Below are positions 1 to 11,500 of a stretch of 64,000 nt of DNA, in pieces. Positions within the stretch are counted from its first letter, which is position 1; every line of letters begins with the position of its first letter. The DNA is taken from assembly GCF_964355755.1 (NCBI RefSeq), contig NC_092674.1, positions 3,658,001 to 3,722,000 on the forward strand. The letters run 5' to 3'. The notes under the pieces were generated by a model, which was not told the DNA's origin, searched no databases, and saw only the letters and a program-made list of their open reading frames with translations. The translations under genes were made by a program, and so were the position numbers. The DNA comes from Antedon mediterranea (Eukaryota; Animalia; Echinodermata).

Positions 1-854
1 TTCGCAATATGTCAGTATTTTAAATAGGATTTGTAACTACGATATCTAGCTGTAGGCTACGTTTTTCTTAAACGTGAATTCTGTGCCATAAAGTCTTAGA
101 GCTAAAGTTGTAATCGTCTAACCTAATTACTTAGCGAAAAGAGAGGGCTGCTGGTGATGTGTTTTATTTTATCATTTTAGTCTAAAAATACAGTTTACAG
201 TGTCGGATTTTAACGTGAAATGATAGGTATATTAAAGACGCTCAGCCTAGCTCACAAAACATCTATTTTGTACATACCTCGGGCCACCCTAAATGCTGAT
301 AATTAAAATGAACACGATATATGACATCCGGTGGTGTGAAGTCCAGCACTTTGTTTTACCCTTTTTAGGCCCTGTCGGCAGCCCCAGCCCCGCCTAAAAT
401 CACATACGTATTAACTTTTGTATAGAATGGATGTGAGTGATTGTAGTTGGCAGAGTCCAATAAACGGGCGCCTGACGAACCAGTCGAGCCACGGTCAACC
501 CAGCAGGGATGAATCCAAAATCCAGTCACCGAGAAAGGCCTAGGATTAATCCAATAATTAAGACAGGCATTAACATTGTATACGCGACAGACTAGAATGA
601 GAAACTATTAAAGCCCGTCTTTGATCGGCGCGCCAAAACAAGTGGTTTACATTCTTCCTATCGTCTGCCCACATCTCAAAGTTTCTAATTTTATAGTCAT
701 ATTGAAGGGTTTATGTTACTGATGCTTCGCCAAGTACCACAAGATTTGTTGACGATGGTTTAATGATCTGGAGTACACAGCATACAATCAACATTCCTAT
801 GTCAATACGTTATGTCACTTTATCACCGTTATGTCACTTGTATCAAATTATCGT

Positions 855-988
855 TTCGTAATATTTATTCAACCAAAAAATAGTACATATTTTATTTAAC
901 ATACATTTTAACATAACATTTCCCCCTTTTTTTGGTTAGGATCTGGTTTCGAAGTAATAAACTTGTCTCAATCAGACCCCTCACAAAA
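855..988. repeat. ~135-150 bp dispersed repeat, copy 1 (copy 2 at ~1668-1817)
   Basis: TATTTATTCAAyCAAAAAATAGTACATATTTTATTTAACATACAT...TTGGTTAGGATCTGGTTT...AAACTTGTCT...TCACAAAAC occurs at both places in the same orientation. Confidence 0.8.
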
Positions 989-1460
989 CAATATATTATA
1001 AATAGTTTAATAAGGAAAAAGGTAAACGCCATATTTAAACTTCAAATTATATAGAAGTAAGTATGAAAAAAAAATATTATTACCATTTACAATGAGTTCT
1101 GGAAATAGTTTATTAATAAGATATGTATTTTATTCCTATGTTTAATCTATATTTGGTTTGTTGACAAAAGACTCAAAGTTTCGGTATAGATTTAAAAGTT
1201 TTTAACAAATTGAACCAGGGGAAGATTGAACACATACGAACAATCATTACATTAGTATTTATCAGCTACGCGCCTTTATCTTACCTGTTCTAATTGTAAC
1301 TACAAAACTCCAACTATACGATTTTATGATTACTGATATCTGATAATAAAACGCCTTTGCTCCCATTACCTACCGACCTAAAACTATCTAACTAATTATC
1401 AATTTAAATTCAAATCGTTCACTGATATTAATTATTTTTAGATTACAATTACAACATAGT

Positions 1461-1520
1461 GGGCGTGTTCAGTTGGTTTGATATAAAAGACGATGGTTGG
1501 TTAAGCGACGACACAGTCAC
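1461..1520 (+). promoter_or_regulatory. Putative core promoter of the chordin-like gene (GC/KLF-like box, TATA box, initiator)
   Basis: GGGCGTG at 1461-1467, TATAAAA at 1482-1488, Inr-like CAGT about 30 nt downstream (~1514), then a strong GTAAGT donor at 1592. Confidence 0.55.
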
Positions 1521-1591
1521 TAGACGACCGCTTGGTGGTGTACAACGAATTGTCTCTGGATTTTTATATCGAGGATCAGATATAACACAAT
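1514..1591 (+). other. Putative non-coding first exon (5' UTR) of the chordin-like gene
   Basis: Lies between the TATA/Inr and the GTAAGT donor at 1592. The first coding exon starts at an acceptor (TTTATTTCAG, 5571-5580) 14 nt before the ATG, which points to an upstream exon. Confidence 0.5.
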
Positions 1592-1629
1592 GTAAGTACC
1601 CGGTGTATTTCATTTATAAATAACAGTAA

Positions 1630-1837
1630 CTTTCTTTCGTAGGAGCATTGCCTGGGACATTTATTATTTTGTGTTTCGTTATATTTATTCAATCAAAAAA
1701 TAGTACATATTTTATTTAACATACATATTTAACATAACATTTTTCCCCTTTTTATTTGGTTAGGATCTGGTTTAGAAGTTAAGTAGTAAACTTGTCTTAG
1801 TAGAAACTTCACAAAACATAGGCCGTTGGCCCGAATA
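1630..1837 (+). mobile_element. Partial copy of the MULE-like MITE (see 31894-32210), interrupted by the ~150-bp repeat
   Basis: CTTTCTTTCGTAGGAGCATTGCCTGGGACATTTATTA...ACATAGGCCGTTGGCCCGAATAC matches 31894-31954, with extra sequence at ~1668-1817. Confidence 0.65.
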
Positions 1838-2727
1838 CAGCAATATAAAAAATAATAATAAATAACAGAAACAATAATAACGTTATCCATTTTGTAATTC
1901 TTTAATTGTAAATATTTTATACGCCCATCATTATATATTATATTTTATTATATTATATTATTATATATTTTAAAACAAAATTGTATTAGTGAATGTTTTG
2001 TTGATTTCGATTTTTTTGTTATGATTAGTAATTGTCATAATGATATCGCTGTTGTATATATTACTTTAAGTAGTTAAATTGTTTAAAAAAATACTTAATT
2101 TCAGTCATTGTATTTTAATTGATTGCAAATAAAGATACCATGAATAATAATATATAAACTCTAGGAGTATTATAGCACATGAGATCTTAAAATAAGCATC
2201 CTCCACGTTGTTGAAATTTGGTAAAAATGTATTGTGATTTTAAAAAAAAATAGGCTGAAAGATTGGAATGAATTTGGTTGCAAAATATGAGAATCAATTT
2301 ATTAAACTTTCTTGTTACAAAAATAATTGTGTTTTTTAGATTAATTAAAATAACTTTAGGGCATATCCTAGATTTTTCCATCTATCATAATTTTATATCA
2401 CAAAAATAAAGGATAAGTTTTATAATTAAATTTTTGTATAAACGAGAAAATAAATATAACTGATACCCAAATTAGTCAAAGTACTGAAGTTGTATTTTCA
2501 TTCCAAATAAACATTTTAAAATGTATGTATGTCCGGCAAATTTTTAAATCCAAAAAAATGTATATAGATTTTGCAGGTAGAAGATTACTTTTTTGGGTAA
2601 AATTATTTGTTGTGTTTAGAAATAGTCTCTCACAAAAATACCTTAAATTTAACCAGAAATGGTCATTAACGGCTCTGTGAAGATATTGTTTAACAATCAT
2701 TGAAATACATCTATGTCAAATTTCTTA

Positions 2728-3027
2728 AGCTCTGTCTATCAAACTTTATGAGACAAAAAAATGTGATGTGCCCATATATGGACACGATGACATCATATCG
2801 TACCATATTGGAGCATAGGACAATCATACATGATCACATCACACTTTTCTTGTCAAACTAGTTTGATAGTGTAGAGATCTTAAAGCTCTGTAAACTATCA
2901 AATGTTATGTGACAAAAAAACGCGATGTGCCCATATATGGACAGTGACACGATGACATCATATCACTACCATATTAAGCATATCACTATCATATTTGTCA
3001 AACTAGTTTGATAGTGTAGACAGAGCT
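2728..3027. mobile_element. Two adjacent family-A PIF/Harbinger-type MITEs (2728-2880, 2884-3027)
   Basis: TIR AGCTCTGTCTACACTATCAAAC...GTTTGATAGTGTAGACAGAGCT, usually flanked by TAA/TTA. Other copies or half copies at ~5940-6001, 8018-8163, 13091-13114, 18900-19010, 19142-19250, 23642-23849, 31822-32285, 32781-32935, 33347-33507, 38806-38932, 39263-39388, 40455-40597, 40647-40773, 42817-42940, 44835-44953, 46366-46526, 46550-46683, 47797-47934, 51186-51306, 53158-53279, 54769-54830. Confidence 0.85.
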
Positions 3028-5469
3028 TTAAAAAGGGGTTTACCCGTTGTTTCTGCGGCTCTGCTTGGTCGAACCTATGAGTTGCCGTCGTCAGACTGTC
3101 AACGGACATAACGCAGACAGCATTATACAAAACGCTTGTAAACAGCACTGGACGCATTGTGTACAGGCGACGCGTTGATAACAAACACTTAAGATGAAGT
3201 GGCTACATTACAAAAGCGACGGCGATAATGATACTGTGATTACATGCGTGATTTAATTAAACGAGGATAGTACATCATAACAATACTGTCTAACGCCTCA
3301 TGCGGTGTCCGTTTTGGCTAGGCGAGAGTTCACCTAGACTTGCTTGCGCCTTTTTTTTTAAGCAAGTCAGTAATGCAGCCTTTAATTTGGCGACGGTTCT
3401 TGATGTCTAATGCATAACAATTGTCCAGCTTTTAAATTCCTATACTATTTGGCGCTTTAACCATTAACTACTACTACGACAAAGCATAAACAGTTTTCGT
3501 TAAATATTTGATCGACAAGCCACAATGATGACACTGGTTAATAAAAATTAGACATTTATTTTTGTTACTATAGGCTTCTCTCAACCATGTCAAATATAAA
3601 CGTCACTGTCCCTTTAAGTTAAGTGGTCTTTTCCACGTATGTGTGCTAATAAATCGCTGATATAGCATAGTTGTTATGTTATTTAGAACAATTTATATAG
3701 AAAAGCGGTATCAAAAACGCCACTGTCCCTTTAATTCAGAATAACCTGTTGACTGTGTAACCGAGTACGTATTTAACGCATGCGTACTAGATAGTAAGTA
3801 TAAGTATGAGTGATATTTATATTCTCGTTTATGTTCAAATCTAATTATAAAAACTTTTTCCGTATTTTGTAGTAGCTATATCGACAAAATTAGTCGCCTT
3901 TAAGTAAGTTACTTAATTATTTCACGCATGCGTGTTTAGGCCTACTCCAAAATGTGAAATGCAAATTATATTGACCGCTTTTACATTTTCTATAAACATT
4001 CTGGGTAAAACTTTCAGTCGCCAGGGTAAAAATATAGTCATATCTACCTATACCTATAATTTAAATAAATGTCTCGATGTGTATCCTGTCGTATAAACTG
4101 CGTGACAAAATAAAAATACGCCGCGCGTGCGTGTCAGTGAAAACATTCAAAAGGTGCCTTTTTAAGGATTATTGCAAATTGTTGCTCACTTATGTGTGAA
4201 TGTAATTATTAAAATCTATCAAGTACAGCGCCCTCCCTGTTGTCAAGAGTAATGTAAGCGAAATTCCAACATTCCACCTGTATCGAGAAACGAAAGATGT
4301 CATTTAAAAGTGATGCAACTTGCTGAAAGTATTCAGTAACATTTCTGCAATACGGTGTCACATTGTGATGTGTATTTTAAAGTTATGGTTAGTCTAGGCT
4401 TACAGTGTAACATGTGATACATTAACACTGTATTACAGAATTAGCATATGATATACTGGGTAAATTATTACTGGTCAACGAAACTATATACAGTAATCAA
4501 AGTGATACAGTCTTTCTTCGTATGACTTTTATCCAATCATAATGTTTGATATGGAACGCGCACTTCGTCACATTTCCATACACTAATTATTACACAATGT
4601 ATGTGCTCTCACGCCCTTCATAATCCGTGACAATTTCATTATAAAAAATTAATTCGTAGATGAAAAAACACACATTTTGGTAAGGGAATCTTTCATTTCT
4701 ACTGAATTCTAATGAATCAGTTGATGACGTCAAAAACATATTGGTCAGCATTCCGAGAGACGTATCCGTCTCTCAATGGTTTTCTTTTCGTGTGAGTACC
4801 ATGGTAACCTGACGCGTTACTACAAGCGACAACCGCTTGTGACGTGCTACGTGAAACTTAAAGCCTTCTTTTTTGCTCATTTTATATATTTTGACAAAAG
4901 ATGTCAAAATGAATAAATCTTTCACACTTAATAAATCAAATGCAGTATTGGTTGTAGACATAGCTCGTGGCTTTAATAGCTTTACGTAGCGACAAGACAA
5001 TTTAACAATCTGGGCACGCGCTACCAAAACCAGTAAACCGTTAAATGATTAATGAATATTCATTAATTTGTTATGAGATCAAGACGCGATAGACGACAGT
5101 GATTAATGATAATGAATTCGGTCGGCCAACAAGTGACCGGTTGGTCTGTAAGTCCGTTAGTCACTTTCGGTTACTCTCATTTGTTTGATGGAAATCCTGA
5201 GATGATCTGATACTGGTGTTTTTTTTTTGTGTCTGCATCTTTTATTTATGCAATTGATTTTGAAACTATGAACGTCCGTTTCCGAAATAAAAAAGTAAAA
5301 TGTAATGTATAGTAGAGCTAGTCAATCGATATATAAATATTGGTTCCCATATCACCAGGACGGTAAATATCCGTGCCACAACCAAACACCCGGTAGGTTC
5401 GTTACGGTGGTCAGTAGGCCTGCAATTGTTATATTAATGTGACATTAGAAACGTGTAATAACTCTTCGA

Positions 5470-5475
<6 letters not shown>

Positions 5476-5557
<82 letters not shown>
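5476..5557. repeat. (TA)n microsatellite
   Basis: About 40 TA units with one CA interruption. Confidence 0.98.
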
Positions 5558-5594
5558 CACAATAATATTATTTATTTCAGTGTGTAAACTAAAG

Positions 5595-8500
5595 ATGGAT
5601 ATCTTATCGACATACGTACAGTTGCTAATATGCATCGTCATCAATGGCAAGGTACTGTCACATAACCACGCAAAAGGTAAGCACTATATTCAGTGTGCTG
5701 TTATAGGTACGGCCGTCGGAAGAACACGTTTGGTCGACGATTGTCAGTCTGAATTAACTTTACGGTATGACCCCTATTAAGGAGATACCTTAAGAGAATC
5801 CAGTGTTCCTTTAAGCTTGGTTCCCACCAGGGCGCAAAGCAAGGACGTAAGCCAGCGCAAGCGAGTTGACTAATGACAAGCGACATTGCGAATAATCCAT
5901 CGCTTGTGATTGGTCAACTCACTTCCTTGTGTTGCGTCTCTATATATTATGGGCACATCACATTTTCTTGTCATATCAATTTTGATAGTGTGGACAGAGC
6001 TTTAAACCACGAAATAGACGGGAATAACTCATTCTCTACCAGAAGTAGTCGGTGACCATAATAAGATGACGTCATAGACAAATGTCATATTTACATCATC
6101 AAACGCTGAGCACTCTTGATCTAACGAAACACCATTGTTTCTCCTGGGAAGATATTTATCAAAATTTACAATTACTTATCTACGATTCATTATCTCGACA
6201 TTTTAGTAAAATAAACCTTTCATTGTTTAAATTGTAAGCACATTTTGATCCCAAATATCAAAAGTCGATTGAACTTAAATGAGAAAAATCAACTTTGATC
6301 CGTAATATATTAAAAGATTGAATCGGCACGTTTTAATCGGTTTCTTAAAAACATAAACCGATCGATTTATAAAGATTTTTCAGTTGAGTCGTCTGACAGA
6401 CTAAAAGTTGTCCGACTAGATGTTTTTTTCTCTCTCACGTGTGACAAAATGCATTGGTTGGACTTGCCCCAAGAGCTGAAGTATTATACGCATGAAACGC
6501 CATATGTGCCAAAATATTTGTCTTTTACTATATTAAGTCGAAACACAGTCTAGTACTCGAGAGCCTATACTATATATCATTGGAATAATAGAACCTATTC
6601 ATTGGTATGCAAAGTTATGATAATATAATTTATATTCTATGAATGGTCACTTATTTTAGGAGTGTGTAGTATGGGTCGGGATACGTATTCTGTGGGATCC
6701 AGTTGGCATCCGTACTTTGTACAAAGTGGTTTAGATTACTGTACGTTATGCACGTGTTTGCATCAAGATGACGTCAGCTGTCAGCGTATACAATGCCCCG
6801 ATGTGACGTTATGTGAGAGCGTAAAAAGTATCGCCGGTCAATGTTGCAAGCAGTGCACAGGTGGGGTAACGGACTGCTGCCTCTTGCAAGCTGAATATCA
6901 CATTGATTCCTCCTCACCCTCGTACCCTCTCACACCAATCCTTCCCCTATACGCATTGTATATTTCGATGTTCTGTAAATGTACTGTAGTCGCCACCAAT
7001 GCATGTTGCTTAAAACCTTGGCTAATGATAGTTATAAAGAAGGCAAATGCACGTTGAAGAATGTTCACCCACTTAGAGCATAGCATCATAGATAACTCAA
7101 CTCTAGCATGAAAACCCCGTGTCACAAAAGTATGTAGGGCGAACCAACATATATTTATTTATATTTATTCAACTTCTCAATAAAATGCATACATAAAAAA
7201 TAGATAAAACATACATTAGTGAATTGAAAGATAGGACCATGCAACAGGTGGTCCAGTTCCAAACGTATTATATAAAATTATAATATCAGTCTGTCGTAGA
7301 CTTGATAAACCCAGCCTAGTCTACCAAACTATACCATACTACTGTTTGTAAACTCGAATCTTGCTCGAGTTTGCAAACTTACGTTTTTTAGGGTAGACTT
7401 TCTGTAGTTTGCCTGTAGTTTGGCATGGTCTACCCTAGCAAAATTGAAGAAAACCTTCTTGCTCGAATTCGCAAATTAGTCAGTGTAGAGACCAGACGGT
7501 GACGTAGGCTAATATACGATCTTCCAAATTACAGATTCTGAAGAAAATTCAACGTTGGGCAGTAGCCATTCGTCGATAGAAACAGCAGAAGAGTCGGAGT
7601 GTCGCCACGGCGAAAGTACATATCGTCAGGGCGAATCTTTCACATTGGAAGAATACAGCAGCGTACGACCCAACCAATGTACCCAGTGCACATGCGTGGT
7701 AATTATTAGTTATTATCAAACTTTCATTTTAATAACTTACACAGATCTGAATGCTTCTTCGATTACAAAATTTAACAAACCCAAACACTGATCGTCTTCA
7801 GGCTGTACAACATACACACAATCAAGTATATTACAGTGAAGCCATCTTGTGAATTCGTCTGAAAATTCAATGTGAACCAACCATTGATTTTACTTTTTTG
7901 TACAGGATGGACATATTGAATGCGCACTACGTAGATGTATCCCCGTCCCTTGTAAGCAGCCGTTGTACTTGCCAAATTCATGTTGTCCAATATGCCGAAT
8001 CAAAGGTGAGTTTATAAAGCTCTGAGCTGTCTACACTATCAAACTTTATGTGACAAAACAAATTGGATGTGCCCATATATGGACATGATGATGTCTATTT
8101 TAGACATAATCACTACCATCGCCACTTTTTTTGTCAAACTAGTTTGATAGTGTAGACAGAGCTTTAAGTTTATCGCAAATAACATTATTTCACGAAAAAC
8201 GTCATTTTACAGTACAGTAGTACATACTTATGCAAACGTCACGACGCGTACGTACAAACAACAAATCATGTACGTACGCGTCGTGACGTCTGCTCCCAAG
8301 CTATTTGCGATAAACCTTATTGCTTTGTTTCAGCAGTTAAAGAGGAATATAAAATGATCCTAATATAGATCTATTGTTTTCGATTCCATGCGTGCGCTGA
8401 ATGACGTTTCGAATCGACAGGCTCGTCTAAAGCCGATTTTCCACTAGGCGAATTTGTTCGAGCGAATCGAATGCGTCAGGTTATACGCATGCGTAGATAG

Positions 8501-11500
8501 GGATTTGGAAGATGGAAACATGAATACGCATGCGTATAAGCTAACGCTTTCGATTCGCGCTAACAAATTCGCCTAGTGGAAAATCAGCTTTAGGCCTCAT
8601 AATTTATTTAAGCTTGGTTCCCACTAGAGACGCAACGTAACAACGTAGATGCAATGCATCCGAGTTGACCGATGAAAAGCGACAGTTCGAATATTATGAT
8701 TGGTCAAATCACTTACGTTGCGTTACTTACTTGCGTTGCGTCTCTATTGGGAACCAAGCTTTATCCGGTACGTTACATAGAACACACAATCAATTAAACA
8801 TTGTTGAATGTACGTACATTGTAAAGTTAGGTTTTTTTTTTGTCTAATCCGAATACATTTTAAAATGGCTCTGATAATGCATCATTGATGTCTAATGTTC
8901 AATTTGAGTTTATACGAATGTGCACAACATTCAAGATGATCGCTTAAGGCAATCAAATAATGCATAATATGCAGGAGATACATTCATCACTATTTGACAT
9001 CTTACATTTCAATGTTCACACATTAATGACAGGTCAAAATGGATGTCATGTCTTAAAACAGACTTTCAAAATTACCGTTTAGGTATTCTCAATTGATTAG
9101 TCTAGCAGCAGACAATACCCTTTCACATGAGAACGATTTAATTTAAAGTAGATGTAGGCTGATAATGGAATGTGGATCCCTTGGATTAAACATCTATCAT
9201 GGGACCAAGAAAGAAAACAAATAAGGTTAACATTATAGCAAGGGTTCTAGGCTTTCTCACTCCATGGTTTTCGTGGTAGAATGAGTCTTCTCGGATAAGG
9301 ATTATAAACCGTAGTGTACACATCCAGCTCATGTGCACTTTAAAGAACCTAGTACATCCTTCGAGACGAGTAGGGCGTTACCCCGGTGTACACACATACT
9401 AAGCACTGTGGGAGAACAGTAGCTTCCCAGTAGGCCTATAAATAATACATAATTAATACATAATCTTATAAAGGATACAACCTCTGGTGTTCATTTTCAC
9501 AGGTTAAAATGGTTCCCACCACTAGGACGCGGCGCAAGGACGTACAGCGCAAACGCAAACGAGTTGACCAATGACAAGCGACAATTCGAATTAATCCGTC
9601 GCTTTTGTCAAACAGTAAAGCTTGGTTCCCACTATGACGCAACTCAAAAAAGTTAACCAATGACAGGCGACAGTTCGATGATCCATCGCGTTGTGATTGG
9701 AAAACCCGCTTGTGTTGCGTCCTAGTGGGAACCAAGCTTAAATCATTACAGTATATGTGATTTTAATTGATCATTAATAAAATGCAGGTTTATTACGTAC
9801 GGTACCTAATTGCTAAATGCAAATTTTGCTTCGCTTTTGAAGTAAAGCTATACGTGCCTATATTTATCGTCATAAGTCTACATAACATATTGAATATCAT
9901 TTTCTCGCTATTATTAGAAATAAAATAAGTATATGTTACTCTTCATTCATTTAAATGTATGCTATATTGCAGACAGAAAGCTCTTCGTGCGCGTGATAAA
10001 ACACAACGTTCCGAAATATACACTCCACCGCGCGGGGGTGTCTATAATTAGTCAACACCTGATCACCGACCAGGGCGGTATAATTAACGGAGAACTGATT
10101 ACTCGATGGAATGGTCAACACTTTATATTTTTTTATGTGAGGAAAAGTTGGTTGTTCAGCAATCACACGAGACGGGACTGCGGCAATGGTGGGTGCTTTC
10201 CGAAGATATTTTAAATAATTTCGCTCATCACATTTTGCATTAAGATTAAATCTCGCGTTGTCTCTTGCCATTCCTAAAACTATGTCTATACTACTATACA
10301 ATTGGCGTTCGTCGGGCCGAGGTAGCGATCTCTGTGGTTTTCCTCGTTTTGTGCGTTTCAATTGGTGTGCAAAATAAATTATATTTATTGTACGAAACAA
10401 GTTTACAATGACAGTATGTCCCGGTAATTAATTGAATATAAGACCGAGTAGATGCCTAATTTACTTCTTTAGGCTTGGTTCTCACTAGAACGCAAACGCA
10501 ACGCAGCGACGTATCGACGCAACCTGCTGTATTGTGTAATCACAAGTGGGAACCAACGACGCAACAATGCTGGAAACATTGCAGGTTTGATTTCAAGTAG
10601 GCGGGGGCAAACACAATTATTGGAAAGGCATTTTCTTACGTTGCGTAGGTTGCGTTACGTCATTAGTGGGAACCACGCTTTAATACCTTCACACACCTGG
10701 ATACCATTCATCTCATCATAATATTCTCTTTTTTTTGCTCCAGAAGTGGAAGAATCTCAACGAGGGAATAATAACTCGACTCAACGACTAGCTCACAATG
10801 CTGAGATACAAACTTCAGAATTAGAAACCCGTCCAACAATAATATTAGAAGATACTGAAGAAAAGGATCGACCAATGAACGTATCCGGTGGATGTGAGTA
10901 ATAAAGCACATACAATATACGATTTTATATAACACCTAAATAAATTTCTGTCATTTGATTGGACAATTGTGGTTCACATGGCGTGCAATAGTACGCACTA
11001 TTGAATGGTCGTTCAATAATAGGCCTACTTTTTTATTTTTCGCGTAAGAAAAAAAATTGTATAATTGTGTAAAATAAAAAATGTAACCTTTCATCATTCA
11101 CCGCATGCCATTATTTGTAACATTACACTGGTTGGATGTATGAACGGTTCAGTTTAGGAGACTGGCGTTCGTCTAACAAAACACCCTTAATACAAATAAG
11201 CGCATATCATAAGAAGGGTGTATAAACACAGCCTTAGTGTCTATCACAACTAGGAACCCCGGTCCCCGCAGGGATCTGGTTTATAATATAAAAGAAAACG
11301 GGAAAATCCATATGATTTCGTCATTTACCTTTCGATACAATATTCAAATTGTGTTGTTTTTACTGTATTAACATTGTAATCCATTATGAGAATAATTCGA
11401 TAAAATACAATATGTTTCTTAATTAAGATTCAAGAATACTAAATAGACAGGTGGTTAGTAGGATTACTTTAATAAGTTCATGACATTAAATAATTGTTTA

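Noticed and set aside
467-481. Smad BMP-response element upstream of the chordin-like gene
   Set aside because: GGCGCC is present, but the GTCT/AGAC partner at 5-bp spacing is missing on both sides.
5439-5594. YIYIYI-rich N-terminus of ORF 5439-5780
   Set aside because: It is a translation of the (TA)n microsatellite; only 5595-5676 is coding.
9151-9225. Possible extra chordin-like exon (AG...AAG|GTTAA)
   Set aside because: It has an early stop in the required phase from either nearby AG, and 8005 joins 10744 in frame without it.
9951-10400. 149-aa antisense ORF as a nested gene
   Set aside because: No recognisable domain and no ATG start or splice support; kept only as a candidate regulatory block.
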